Source of the DNA: an uncultured delta proteobacterium
GTDB taxonomy: Bacteria; Desulfobacterota; Binatia; JACPRU01
Direction: 5' to 3'
NCBI GenBank assembly: GCA_963745025.1
Contig: CAVUWD010000016.1
Span: forward strand, 832,001 to 896,000
DNA length: 64,000 nucleotides
Shown here: one piece after another, positions 18,018 to 28,767 of the stretch
How positions within the stretch are numbered: position 1 is the first letter of the stretch
Layout of the letters: every line of letters starts with the position of its first letter
The notes under the pieces: generated by a model
Told to the model about the DNA's origin: nothing
Database searches by the model: none
The model's input: only the letters and a program-made list of their open reading frames with translations
Program-made: the position numbers and the translations under genes

Positions 18018-18777
18018 GCTCGGCGTCAACGAGCGAGATCTGTCCGTCGACGATCCAGCCATCTGGCGGTCGCCGTCATCCCTGAGACGCTAGGCGACCG
18101 CCCCCGACACCCACGCCAAGGTGATGTAGAAGAGCTTCATTCCTCGAAACCGTGCCGTCCTTCCATTGCCAACGATGGCGGCAATCGGCGATTGCTCGAA
18201 AATGGCACCGGGCACAGTCGGCCCATTCTTCAAATTCGGTCAGGTTATGCGGCGCAATAACTCTGATCAAAACGGTAGGAGGAATTCCGATCGTACATCC
18301 TTCGGAAGCTGGGCCGGGCGCAGAGCGCGAGCTTCTTGGGTCACGTCGACGTGGTCCTCTCGCTCGCGGCGACGCGTGAGGCGTCTGAGGGCCCGGGTGA
18401 CTGGTCGACACGTTCGAGAGCATCGAAGCGGCGATATTCGAGGCCGCGCTTCGAGATGAGCCACGTGCTGCCGCCGCTTACGTAGGCCAAGGCGCCGAAG
18501 CCGTCGTATTTCAGCTAGAACAGCCATCGTGGGTGGTCGAACGGCTGGCGGAATCGCGCGAGCTGCAAGAAATCCAAGGATACCTCAACGGGATGCTTCT
18601 CAACCGTGAAGTGGGGCAGCGACCTCAAAGCCCGTCGCCTGTTCAACCAAGTAGACCTGTTGGCCGCGACACATCTGGTTCGCCGGAAAGCCAACGGCCG
18701 TCGGTGCTGCGGAATCTCCGCGGTGCGGATCGTGTTCGGTGCCGGGATTGTGCTTTTGCGCCGAGCAAGGAGGTATC

Positions 18778-18942
18778 ATGACACACAGCCGTATAGGTGA
18801 CTTTGTTTTTGCTCGCGCTGATGTGGTTGATGAGCTTCACGCAGAGGGTAAAGATGACGCGGAGATCGCGCGGACACTGAGCATAGATGCGGACCAAGTT
18901 TTGCTGATTCGTACGCGACACCGCGTAGACGATCTCGATTGA
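18778..18942 (+). CDS. Small hypothetical protein, HTH-like
   Basis: RBS AAGGAGG; ELHAEGKDDAEIARTLSID. Confidence 0.45.
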   Translation: MTHSRIGDFVFARADVVDELHAEGKDDAEIARTLSIDADQVLLIRTRHRVDDLD

Positions 18943-18976
18943 AGGAGCGCCAACCGACGGCCGCGCGTCACTTCAT

Positions 18977-19685
18977 CTAGTCCTGAAATAAGCGCCAAGG
19001 AAATCGCTTGGTAGCGATTGGGGCTATTGGCGCGCACGCGACCGTCTGTGGACGGTGATTCATAGAGGTTTGCCTCGGTGCGTGTAGCGAATCTGACGTC
19101 GAAGTGCACTGAGCAAGGTTCGGCGGTTTTCTTCGGACGAGCGTCATCATCCGGTCGTGGTCGTCGCGGCCGGCGAGGAGGCTGGGAAGGCGCTCCGGAG
19201 CTCGCCCTACACTTGTAGCCGCGCGTGCGCGGTACGGATCTCGGGCAGGTAGCGATGCGAGCCAGCAAGCCGCACCATCAGCCGCCGCCCCTTCTTCAAC
19301 ACCTTGGCCGCGACGTAAACGAAGTGGCGGCGGAATCGCTTCCACTCCCAGCGCACGACCTCCGAGGGGAGCGCGAGCTGGGCGATCCACTTCCCGAGGT
19401 TCCAAGCCAGCCGAGCGATTTGCAGCCAGGCCGAGTTGCCCTGAAACTCCGCCACCGGCATGCGCCATCCGGCGATCCCCTTGCCAAATTGCTCGATGGT
19501 GTTTTCCTGATCGCACCGCTGGTAGGTCACGTCGACGATCTCGTGCGCCGTGTAGGAGCGCGGCAGGTTGCTCAGCACCAGCCGGTAGCGGAAGTACTCG
19601 AACAGCGCCCCCTGGCCGTCTTTCTCCTCGATGCGGATGCGCCGCACGATCATCCGACAGGGGGAGTCGAGCCCCTGAGGCTGGT
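18977..19685 (-). mobile_element. IS1380-family remnant: transposase C-terminus (19207-19685) and right end
   Basis: YQRCDQENTIEQF, NSAWLQIARLAWNL and WKRFRRHFVYVAAKV; end CGCTTATTTCAGGACTAG at 18977. Confidence 0.82.
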
Positions 19686-19964
19686 CACTGCTGTCCAAAT
19701 TAGCTCTGAAACGGTCCCCAGGGCTCGCATAAACTCTTGAAATCATGAGTCTTCGCTGGTGTCGTCTCCGTCCAGGTCTCCCGGGCGTTTTGCTGCTGTC
19801 CAAAATGCCAACGATAGGCATGTCGTTTGCCCGGGTCCCTGAGCCGCCTTCGGAAAACGGCCCCAGAAGCGCCTTGCGGCTGAAAAATGTGCGGAATCCC
19901 GAGGTTGGCGCTGGAGTCGGTCTCGATCGCGTCGATCTCCAGAAAGCTATCTTGGACAAGAGTG
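19686..19964. mobile_element. MITE-like element with 20-bp imperfect terminal inverted repeats
   Basis: Left CACTGCTGTCCAAATTAGCT versus reverse complement of right CACTCTTGTCCAAGATAGCT (16/20 match); no transposase inside. Confidence 0.7.
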
Positions 19965-19994
19965 GGTGTGGCCTGGAGCTCATACAGGAACCAG

Positions 19995-20852
19995 CTAAAT
20001 ACGACCGAGAAAAGCCATCATTGCATTCAGCACCGGTGTCTGACCTTGGTCCTGGAGATGCAGAAGATGACCAACTCCGTCGATCGGGGCGAATTGCACA
20101 TTGCTGAAATTCTGTCGCAGCCAGGAAATTTCATCATCTGTCATGACCGCGCCGAGCTTGGGTTCCCCTCGTAGGAACAGGACAGGACAATCGATCTTCG
20201 CCAAGATCTGTTTGTAGTCATACCCCTTAGTGAAGCTCTCGAAATCGTGTAGCAGCACAGTAAAGAAGGTGGGATCGAGCTGCCACAGACAGCCGGCGAA
20301 GAATAAGATCCATCCGCTGGTTATGCCGGAATAATCTTTGTATGCTTCGGCCAGTGCCAGGGAGAGTGCTTGTTCTGATTGCGCCGATTGCCTCAGGCGC
20401 AGCCAGAGACCGAACATGTCCCGGCTCGAATCGATGATTCTCTTGTAGTTCTCCAGGGTCAAAGGCGAATCCTCGATGATGAGGGCTTTCGATTTGTCCG
20501 GGCATCGCGCAGCTACCATGAGCGCAATGACGCCGCCGATCGAGTGTCCCACGAGCACCGCTGGCGCGTGCAACCGGCTTACGAATTCCGCGTCGTCCTC
20601 TACGAAATCCTCGAGCCGATACTTCCCCGGCACCCATCCTGATCGGCCATTTCCCCGCAAATCCAATGCATAGACGCGCCAGCGTTGTCCCAAGCTCGGA
20701 ATGAGAGACAGATATTCTTGCCAGCGCCAAGCGCCACCATGCAGCATGACCAATGGTTTGCCCGAGGTAGAGCCGTGGTCCAGATAATTCAGCTTCACCG
20801 CCTTCGCGGTGAAAATTCTTTCCCGTGGCATGTGCGTCGCCATGGCTATCAA
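19995..20852 (-). CDS. Alpha/beta fold hydrolase
   Basis: MLHGG, LDLRGNGRS, LVGHSIGG (nucleophile elbow) and GVGHLLH. Confidence 0.9.
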   Translation of the reverse strand: MIAMATHMPRERIFTAKAVKLNYLDHGSTSGKPLVMLHGGAWRWQEYLSLIPSLGQRWRVYALDLRGNGRSGWVPGKYRLEDFVEDDAEFVSRLHAPAVLVGHSIGGVIALMVAARCPDKSKALIIEDSPLTLENYKRIIDSSRDMFGLWLRLRQSAQSEQALSLALAEAYKDYSGITSGWILFFAGCLWQLDPTFFTVLLHDFESFTKGYDYKQILAKIDCPVLFLRGEPKLGAVMTDDEISWLRQNFSNVQFAPIDGVGHLLHLQDQGQTPVLNAMMAFLGRI

Positions 20853-20946
20853 CTCTGCCGCACGGAATAGCTAGTACAACTGATTCGCACAACGGGAATC
20901 GGTCGAGGTCCGATATGTTTCGGAAGTCGTTTTAATCTCAACTGCC

Positions 20947-21028
20947 GCCCGTAGAAACGGGGGCGTCTCGTGTTTGGGCAGCGTCGGATATTGAGGCTTT
21001 AAGTTAACTCCGCCGCTTATCCCTGCTA
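20947..21028 (-). repeat. Dispersed hairpin-ended repeat, copy D (inverted)
   Basis: GCCCGTAGAAACGGGGGCGTCTCGTGTTTGGGCAGCGTCGGATATTGAGGCTTT..GCCGCTTATCCCTGCTA. Confidence 0.9.
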
Positions 21029-21126
21029 ACGCGGACCTTCGGCCGCAACCAAGGCGGGCTGGCGCCCGCGGGTGGTGCGCTTGATGTGAGCGGAGTGCTT
21101 CCACCGAGGTCGCCGGCTGGGCTTTC

Positions 21127-21955
21127 ATGCCGGCCATGGAAACGTTCGCCGCCAAGCACGCAGCCAAGATCCGGGGCATGCTGTCTTGCTTCGATCGGAT
21201 GCTTTTTCGCGGATACCTGCCGCTGATGAGCGGCTTCGCGATGGCCGACTTCCTGAGGAGCAAACAGGTCGACCGCTGGAAGCTCAAACCCTTCCTGCTC
21301 GAGCAGGCGGAACGGATCAAGAAGCACGCTGGCGTGATGGCCTCGGCAGCGGGGCGGCCCTACCAGTACCTGAGCGAGCCAACGAGAAAGGAGATCTGGC
21401 TCGAAAGATCGCCGAGCGAGACGGCGTCCGCGAGGGATTCGTCTGCGTGTTTTCGGTCGTCGAGCCGTGTCGGACGTTCTCGCTGGCGTGGAAGGAGAAC
21501 AAGACGTGGATCCACCCGGCCAAGCGCAAGTGCCTGCAGCTCTACTACTACTTCATGGACCGCCAGCTCGGGCTCATCCACGTCAAGGTCCAGACCTGGT
21601 TCCCGTTTCCCATCCAGGTCTATGTGAATGGCCACGAGTGGCTCGCGCGCCGACTCGACCGCCACGGGCTGAAGTACCGCAAGGCCGATAACGCCTTTGT
21701 GCATGTCGACGACCCGGTGCGCGCCCAGAGGCTGGCCGACGGATTCGCCAGTGTCGACTGGGTGCGCGTCCTGGGCCGCTACGCCCGAGAGGTCAATCCA
21801 CTCCTGCGCGGCCTGCTCTCGCCCATGCAGTACTACTGGGTCACGTCGCAGGCCGAGTACTCGACCGACGTCCTGTTCCGCAGCCGAGCCGACCTCGAGG
21901 AGCTGATGCCCCGGCTCCTGCAGTACTCGACCCTCTACTTCGAGGCACGTGATTT
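21127..21955 (+). pseudogene. Putative transposase/replication-initiator-like protein of a poorly characterised family (SCFDR motif), frameshifted and truncated
   Basis: LSCFDRMLFRGYLP, VEPCRTF, RKCLQLYYYFMD..GLIHVKVQTWFPFPIQVYVNGHEWLAR and QAEYSTDVLF; second fragment at 46227-46330. Confidence 0.65.
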
Positions 21956-22019
21956 GGTGACCTGTCGTTGCCGCCATAGTTGTGCCCCCATTGGACGTTC
22001 TCGCAACGCACCGCTTTTC

Positions 22020-24701
22020 CTAGGCCTGTCCCTTCAGTCGTTCGAGTCGCTTCTCGGCCTCGGCCACTTGCGGCCGAAGCTCATCGTCGCAGTCCTTCCA
22101 GAGCTCGAGGAACCGCGAGTAGTGGAAGATCGCCTTGTCACGGTTTCCAAGCTTCTCGTAGATCTCGGCGCGCCGCAGGTGAGACGGTGCGAGGTAGACT
22201 CGGTCATACAGCATCGACTCCTCGAGCGACGTGTACCAGGGGAGCGCGTCTTGGTCGCGACCCACGGCACGCAGCAGCTCGGCGCGCAGGTAACGGTCGT
22301 AGGGCCGAGAGAAGAACGCCGACCGGAACGGCGTCTCCCAGGCGATCTCGAGCCGAGTCTGTTCGAGAATGGCGAGGGCTTCGGCCGGCTTTCCGTCGAG
22401 CTGCGCCGCCTGTGCGCGCAAGCTTCCGGCGAGAGCGCGAGCGACGGCGGCAACGGTCGGTGATTCGACGGGTCGCTCGAGCTCTTCGGCGCTACGGAGC
22501 GCGCCATCGCGCTCCCCGAGACGGATGCTGAGAATCCCGAGGAGATAGGAGCGCAGTTGAGCGTGAATGCTGTCGTGGGGCGAGAACCAGTCTTCGGTCG
22601 CCTCGCTTACAGGGCTGGCAGGGGGGCTCCAGCGAGTCACCTCGTCGCGAAACTTCTCGAGCTCCACCCGCGGAAGCGGAAGAAATGGTGAGGCAGCGAG
22701 GAGCGCTCGGTATTCGAGTCCGATGCTCGGATCGAGATTTGCCGCGGCCTCGAGCTCGGCTTGTGCTGCGTTCCAATGCCCTTTCGTGAGAGCGAGGTGA
22801 GCGAGCTGGACGTGGCCGGTCGTCCGCACGGTCGAGGAACGGACGGGCTCGGTCATCAGCCGCGCGAGCGCCTCGCTGGCAGGCGCATTGTGCAGCATCT
22901 GAGCGAGTGGGGCGCCTCCGAGAGCGAAGTCGCTCGCCCGCCGGAGCTCGGCGACGATCCGTTCCTGACTCGCCTTGTCGCCGAATTGGAACGCTTGCAA
23001 CGTCCGAATGACCAGGGCGTAGTCGCTTCGCGAGTCGAGGGCGAGGTAGCGCCCGATCGACGATGAAAGCGCCGTCCATTTCTCTTCGGCTTCGTCGAGC
23101 TGACAGCTGAAGATCACCGCGTCGAGGCGTCCGGGATCGAGCGAAAGCTCGTGCTCAACCACGTCGCGAGCTTCCATGACGGAGCGGCCCCGGAAGGGAT
23201 TTTCAACCGCCAGCGTCCAACTGAGAACTAACCACGCTTCCCAATCGTCTCGGTAAGCGGCCAGGGTCTCGCGGGCACGACGTTCGGTAGCGTCGATGTG
23301 TCCGTTGATCCAGTCCGAGACCATCTCGACTAGGAGACGATCATGCTCCGACAAGCGATCTTTGAGGCGGATCGCCTGCGCGATGGCATGGCGCGACGCC
23401 TCGGTTTGCTGGGTATATCCCCCAAGCATGTAGGAAAGGCGGTAGTGGGCGAAGGCGAAATCAGGGTCGGCGGCGACGGCGCGGCGATAGGCTTCGATGG
23501 CCTCGGCGATTCGCCCGGCGCGAAAAGCGCTCTCGCCCTCTAAGAAGGACCTCAAGGCGGGAAACGAGTGCGTGGTCAACGCCGCCACGCGTGCAAGCTG
23601 CTCTCCGGGCCGACTCAAGCGACCGGCGAGAAGCTGGGCCGCCAGCTGGTCGACAAGGTCGAGAAGGTGACTCGTTTCGCCCTCGGCGTTCGCCTTCGTC
23701 ACGACGAGCGCTTTCTCGGCATCGTAAATCGATGCCTCGAGCTGCAAACGACCGGAGATCTCCAGGACGCTGCCGAGTACGAAGAGACCTGCGCCGAAAT
23801 GCTTGGCGACTCGCTGTCCGTGTTCGGGGTCGAGCGTCCAGCCGCCTTCGCGCTTGATGAAGCTCAGCAGCGAGTGCGGGTCCACCTGCCGGAGCTCCTC
23901 GGCGCCGTCGAGCTTGGTGCTGAGGAGTGTGACCATCCCTTCGGCGAGGTAGCCGAGATCCTTCCCGCCGCTCACGGAGAACGGGAAAACGGCCACGGCG
24001 GTTGGCGAGGCAGGCGGGAGATGCTCGGCCGATTTCAGACCCGCGACGTAGCGAGAGACGACCGGATAGCTGGCGACGATCCCGAGGAGCGCAAGTCCAA
24101 CCCCAAGGAGCCAGGCGCGGCGGCGCGGCTTCTCTTCGCGTTCCGCGGATACGCGCGCAGCGGGCTCGGTGGCTGCTCCCTGCTGGCCGTTCCCCACCAG
24201 CGCATAGACTCGGATCGGGCGGTTGACGTTCTTCAGGCTCTTCTCGCCGAGAAAGGTCGCGCGAATCTCGGGATGATTGCGAATGTCGTCGTAGACCCTT
24301 TCGGAGATGCACACGCCGCCGGGCTCCGCCAGCGCGTGAATCCGCGAGGCGATGTTGACTCCGTCCCCGATGATTCCCCCATTCGACACGACCACGTCGC
24401 CGATGTGAATTCCGATCCTCAGGCGTAGATCGGTGTCGTCGCGAAGCGCTTCCTGAATCTCGCGCGCACAGCTCACCGCCTCGACCGCGCTGTCGAAGCT
24501 CGAGAGGCTGCCGTCGCCCACGTGCTCGATGAGCTTGCCGTTGAACTTCGGGACCAGCCGACCGAGAAGCTCGCGGCTCCGTTCGAGCACCTGCCGCGCC
24601 CGCTGCTCGTCCTCGCCCATGAGGGCCGTGTAGGCCGCGATGTCGGTGAACATGATCGCGGCGAGCTTTCGGGTTTCGGTGGGCGTTGCTGGAATCGGCA
24701 A
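22020..24701 (-). CDS. Class III adenylate/guanylate cyclase with TM helix, TolB-N/FlgO-like domain and TPR repeats
   Basis: RKLAAIMFTDIAAYT, GDG, LRIGIHIGDV, GDGVNIASRI, TM segment, VAVFPF and TPR-like helices. Confidence 0.9.
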   Translation of the reverse strand: MPIPATPTETRKLAAIMFTDIAAYTALMGEDEQRARQVLERSRELLGRLVPKFNGKLIEHVGDGSLSSFDSAVEAVSCAREIQEALRDDTDLRLRIGIHIGDVVVSNGGIIGDGVNIASRIHALAEPGGVCISERVYDDIRNHPEIRATFLGEKSLKNVNRPIRVYALVGNGQQGAATEPAARVSAEREEKPRRRAWLLGVGLALLGIVASYPVVSRYVAGLKSAEHLPPASPTAVAVFPFSVSGGKDLGYLAEGMVTLLSTKLDGAEELRQVDPHSLLSFIKREGGWTLDPEHGQRVAKHFGAGLFVLGSVLEISGRLQLEASIYDAEKALVVTKANAEGETSHLLDLVDQLAAQLLAGRLSRPGEQLARVAALTTHSFPALRSFLEGESAFRAGRIAEAIEAYRRAVAADPDFAFAHYRLSYMLGGYTQQTEASRHAIAQAIRLKDRLSEHDRLLVEMVSDWINGHIDATERRARETLAAYRDDWEAWLVLSWTLAVENPFRGRSVMEARDVVEHELSLDPGRLDAVIFSCQLDEAEEKWTALSSSIGRYLALDSRSDYALVIRTLQAFQFGDKASQERIVAELRRASDFALGGAPLAQMLHNAPASEALARLMTEPVRSSTVRTTGHVQLAHLALTKGHWNAAQAELEAAANLDPSIGLEYRALLAASPFLPLPRVELEKFRDEVTRWSPPASPVSEATEDWFSPHDSIHAQLRSYLLGILSIRLGERDGALRSAEELERPVESPTVAAVARALAGSLRAQAAQLDGKPAEALAILEQTRLEIAWETPFRSAFFSRPYDRYLRAELLRAVGRDQDALPWYTSLEESMLYDRVYLAPSHLRRAEIYEKLGNRDKAIFHYSRFLELWKDCDDELRPQVAEAEKRLERLKGQA

Positions 24702-24767
24702 GAGACCAGGCCTTCACGATCTTGACGTGGCCGACCTCACTTTTCGAGCGGCCGCAGGATGAGCAGA

Positions 24768-24932
24768 TCACAGGTGGAGCTCCTGCGCGACCTGCTCCGC
24801 GCGGATCGGCGCCCCGATCTCGAGGAACAGGCGGTGCGCCTCGCGGAGCTCGCGCTGGCGGGTGGAGTCGTCGCCGGTCAGGCGGGCGAGCTCGGCGCGC
24901 TCGACGTGGAGGACCGGCTCGTAGCTCTTCGC
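24768..24932 (-). pseudogene. Adenylate cyclase/AAA-TPR C-terminal fragment (paralogue of 13958 fragment)
   Basis: AKSYEPVLHVERAELARLTGDDSTRQRELREAHRLFLEIGAPIRAEQVAQEL. Confidence 0.75.
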
Positions 24933-25246
24933 CCTCGAGCGCGGAGATCCACGAAGGGGCCACAAACCGCTTTCGAGGTCAACCGCACCCGTTGGACGCG
25001 ATCGCTCCGCCGCTCGTGTGCCGCTACCTCTTCAGAAGCCCAACTCAGCCGCTGGTGACCACTCTTTGTGCACGCCGAAAAGATGCACGCGGCGGTCAGT
25101 CTTTCGTCATGCCAAGCTGAGTGTGCGCGGAGCGTTTTCAGGAACGGTCCAACATTCACCCGGGCGTTTCTAAAACGCTATGCGTTCCCTTGCGAATTGA
25201 CTTGCGTTACCGATAGTACGTTGCTCGACCTAAGGAAGGAAATTAC

Positions 25247-26497
25247 ATGAAGGCTCGAATCTCACCACTACTTCCCGAACAATTTGGCCCTCTCCAAGGG
25301 CTTCGTATCCTTTCCACTGGTAGTCTCATCGCGCAGCCCTATGCGGCGACGCTGGCAGCGGAGATGGGAGCTGAGGTCATCCAAGTTGAACGCCCAGGTG
25401 AGGGCGACGCCGCCTGGCGCCATTTAGGCCGACAACTGCCGACGATAGACGGCAAAGGAAAAATTGCCACCACCTGGATTCAAGAACGCCGTAACGAGTT
25501 CTATATAGCCCTGGATATGAGCAAACCCGACGGCAAAGACCTCTTCCTTCGTTTAGTCAAGTGCTGCGATATATGGATGGAAAGCTCAAAACCGGGCTCC
25601 TACAGCAAGTGGGGGCTTGCCGATGACGTTGTTCTACAAGCAAATCCTCAAATTGTCATTACACATGTGTCTGGATACGGGCAGAGTGGCCATCCAGACT
25701 ATCTGGGACGCGCCTCCTACGACATGATTGGGCAGGCCTTCGGCGGTCTTATGCATCAGACCGGGTTTCCCGACCCAGCCCCACCCGTCCGGGCCAACCC
25801 GTGGACTGCGGATTACATTACCGCGTCGTTCTGCCTGTGGTCCTCACTCGCTGGCTATATCTACGCCCAGCGCACGGGCAAAGGTCAGGCCATTGATGTC
25901 TCACAATTTGAGGCAATTCACCGCCTCCTCTCTGGCACGATGGTCGAGTATTTTGCCGATGGCTTCGTCCGTGGTCGGTCGGGAAACAAAGCAACGGCGT
26001 TCCAACCCTATGACGCGTTCCAGGCTCAGGATGGGTGGGTCGTCATCGGTGCCGTCGGGCTTGCGGTCTTTTCGCGCGTCTGTACCCTCTTAGGATTAGA
26101 CCCCAAAGATCCCAAATGGCAAGTCGCTTGTACAGATATCAATTCATCGGAGGGAATCGAATTTGATGCGCTGCTGCGGGGGTGGGTCGCCGAGCGTCCA
26201 GTCAAAGAAGTCGTCGAGATCATGAACGCTGCGCAAGTCGCGTGTTGTCGAATCATGACGGCGAAAGACATGGCGGAAGATCCGCACTACCAAGCCCGCA
26301 ACGTTCATGTCGAATGGGAGGATGGGCAAGCGGGAAAAGTCAAAGGCACCGGAATTACACCGAGGTTCTCACTCACTCCCGGAAAAATCTGGCGTGGATC
26401 AGTCCCCGTCGGGCACGACAATGATAAAATTTACAAACATTTGGCAGGACTGACCGAGCAGGACCTTGCACGACTCAAAGAAGCGGGAGTCATTTAG
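25247..26497 (+). CDS. CoA-transferase family III (CaiB/BaiF)
   Basis: FGPLQGLRIL, LAAEMGAEVIQVE, HVSGYGQSG, YDMIGQAFGG and ADYIT; visibly lower GC than its neighbours. Confidence 0.92.
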   Translation: MKARISPLLPEQFGPLQGLRILSTGSLIAQPYAATLAAEMGAEVIQVERPGEGDAAWRHLGRQLPTIDGKGKIATTWIQERRNEFYIALDMSKPDGKDLFLRLVKCCDIWMESSKPGSYSKWGLADDVVLQANPQIVITHVSGYGQSGHPDYLGRASYDMIGQAFGGLMHQTGFPDPAPPVRANPWTADYITASFCLWSSLAGYIYAQRTGKGQAIDVSQFEAIHRLLSGTMVEYFADGFVRGRSGNKATAFQPYDAFQAQDGWVVIGAVGLAVFSRVCTLLGLDPKDPKWQVACTDINSSEGIEFDALLRGWVAERPVKEVVEIMNAAQVACCRIMTAKDMAEDPHYQARNVHVEWEDGQAGKVKGTGITPRFSLTPGKIWRGSVPVGHDNDKIYKHLAGLTEQDLARLKEAGVI

Positions 26498-26636
26498 TCG
26501 AACATGACTGAAGCAACCTAGAATCCCCAGTTGTACGAAGGCAGGAGTGCTAAGTGCGCCTTACCACTCAACAGTGCCTCTCGGTCGCTACTCTGGCTTC
26601 CGACGCCCTATTTCCGCCGCGAATGTCGCCGCTTCT

Positions 26637-27554
26637 CTATCGAAATTCCGGAGCGACTTCTTCGGCGAACAGCCGAACGTTCGCCGGGACGTCTTCCGGT
26701 TCGCATACCCAGCTGATTACGACGGTCCGAACGCCGGCATCGACGTACTGCCGGATTCGTTTGCGGCAGTCTTCCGGCGTGCCGGACAGCGTGTACTTCG
26801 CCGCGAGACTCGAAAAATCCTGCGCGTAGTTCCGCCCGAGCGTTTGCGCCGCCTGGTCGATCGCGTCCTCGCGATTCGCGGAAATCGAACCGAAGATGTA
26901 CAGGCCCGTCCGAACGTCATTCCCCTCGCGACCGAGCTCTCTGCGAAACTGCCGAATCTTGCCGACGCTCTCGTGGACCATCTCCGGCGTGTACATGTAC
27001 GGAAGCCATCCGTCGCCGTACTTCGCTGCACGGCGCATCGCCGGCTCCTTGCGGCCTGCCACCCAAATCGGCGGAAGCGGCTTCTGCGCAGGCGGCGGGG
27101 CCAGCGTCACTCCGGTGAATCGCGAGTAGCGGCCCTCGAAACTGACGCTCTGCTCGGTCCACACCTTCGTGATGACCTCGAGCGCTTCGTTCGCGCGTGA
27201 GCCGCGCTCCTTCACGGGAACGCCGCATGCCTCGAATTCCTTCGGAAATTCGCCGCCGATGCCGATCCCCATGTGGTAACGGCCACCGGAAGCGACATCG
27301 AGCACCGACGTCTGTTTTGCCAACACCATCGGGTTGTACAGCGGCAGCAGCACCACCGAGCTCATGAGCCTGATCTTGGTCGTGACACCGGCGGCGACCG
27401 AAAGGCCGATCAGCGAGTTACCGGTCGGGCCGTGAAACATCATGTGCTCGCCGCAGCCGAGGTAGTCGTAATCGAGCACCTCGGCATTCAGGGCGAACTC
27501 GGCGATACCTTTCACCGAAGGGAGGGTGACTCCAAATTCGACGCGGTCCATCAT
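26637..27554 (-). CDS. LLM-class flavin/F420-dependent oxidoreductase
   Basis: GCGEH, AAGVTTKIRL, LDVASGGR, GIGGE, PPIWVAG and YGDGWLP. Confidence 0.92.
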   Translation of the reverse strand: MMDRVEFGVTLPSVKGIAEFALNAEVLDYDYLGCGEHMMFHGPTGNSLIGLSVAAGVTTKIRLMSSVVLLPLYNPMVLAKQTSVLDVASGGRYHMGIGIGGEFPKEFEACGVPVKERGSRANEALEVITKVWTEQSVSFEGRYSRFTGVTLAPPPAQKPLPPIWVAGRKEPAMRRAAKYGDGWLPYMYTPEMVHESVGKIRQFRRELGREGNDVRTGLYIFGSISANREDAIDQAAQTLGRNYAQDFSSLAAKYTLSGTPEDCRKRIRQYVDAGVRTVVISWVCEPEDVPANVRLFAEEVAPEFR

Positions 27555-28136
27555 CAGGCCCCGAGAATCCTACCGCGCCGTCGGGAGGTTTCGCCAGATG
27601 TCCCGGACCAGGGTTCGTTGCCCGCGCTTAGGCTGCTACACGGCGCCGAGCTACACAGACCTAAGATCTTCTGCAGCTCGCCGCTCGCGGGCGGGGTCAT
27701 CTGGGCAAAAAAAGAAGGGCGAGCGACCGAGAGGACGGTAAAGTCCTCTCGGTCGTGAAGGCTGTGTCGCCCCTGGCCGCATAACAGCCCCCTTGAACCC
27801 TTCCTCGGTTATCAGGAGTCCGGTCTCGCACTGTCGGCGCGAAAACACGGCCGGTAGCCGCGGATGAAGCAACGAGAATGCCTGCGTAGCAGGTATCGTG
27901 GACCGCAATACCCGTCGAGGGAGGACGCGTACCCGATGCCGTTGACGATGACCGGCGGGAGCAGCTCCGCCCGCATTTCTTGCAGCGCGCCCCGATCGCG
28001 TAGAAGATCGCGCGCATGACCAAACTTCGCACGCAGCCGCTGTCAGGGCGGGGCGATCTCGACGTGACAAAGCAAAGCTACGTAGAGGCCGTCCGTGGCG
28101 GATGACAGCGCACGCAGGCGCCGGAATGGTGCCGCG

Positions 28137-28331
28137 ATGGAGTTTACCGCGACCCAGCTCGACGCCATCAACCACGCGACGGGGAACCTGCAGCTCATCG
28201 CCTGCGCGGGCTCCGGGAAAACGGAGGTCGTTGCCCGCCGGGTGGCTCAGCTGCTCGGCAAAGGCGCGAAGGGTGGTCTCGGACCGGCCAACATCGTCGC
28301 CTTCACGTTCACCGAGAAGGCCGCCGCTGAG
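28137..28331 (+). pseudogene. UvrD/Rep SF1 helicase N-terminal fragment
   Basis: Q motif, IACAGSGKT (Walker A) and IVAFTFTEKAAAE (motif Ia); similarity then stops. Confidence 0.85.
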
Positions 28332-28767
28332 CACGGCTGCGATACACGAAACGGCGATCCTCACTCGCGAAGTCACTACGCGCTCCCCGCCGCTTGTCAC
28401 GACGATCCGCCAGCGAGGGGTGAAGGCATCGCTTTCGCGATCAGGAATCAAATCATCCCAGAGCGCAGGTATTTCGGACAAGCGCAGGACGTACTCTCGA
28501 TCGGCCATGGCTTCGCAGTACCTCCGTTCGGCTCCCCAATACCTCATAGCCAAATCGGGGAAGCTTCGCCTCCGATTTACAACCAGATGCGCCATACTCC
28601 CCTCGTCTTCGACGAGGCCCGCCGCTCCTCACCCGCCGGCCTAATCGCCGGACCTGAGCGGCATTTCGTCGCTTCAAATTGGACCCACAGGGTCCAATTC
28701 GGGACCTTTCGCCCCCGTTTACGACCGCCGCCGTCCTGAAAAGCCTTGATTTTTCGGAGCGACGGGC

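Noticed and set aside
18076-18760. Possible reverse transcriptase, retron or RAYT remnant
   Set aside because: No YxDD, HUH or other diagnostic motif in any frame; only an unidentifiable broken ORF. No RT was found anywhere in the window, so DGR and retron models were dropped.
3361-21028. CRISPR array interpretation of the recurring repeat
   Set aside because: Copies are kilobases apart, in both orientations and too long, with no regular spacers and no cas genes.
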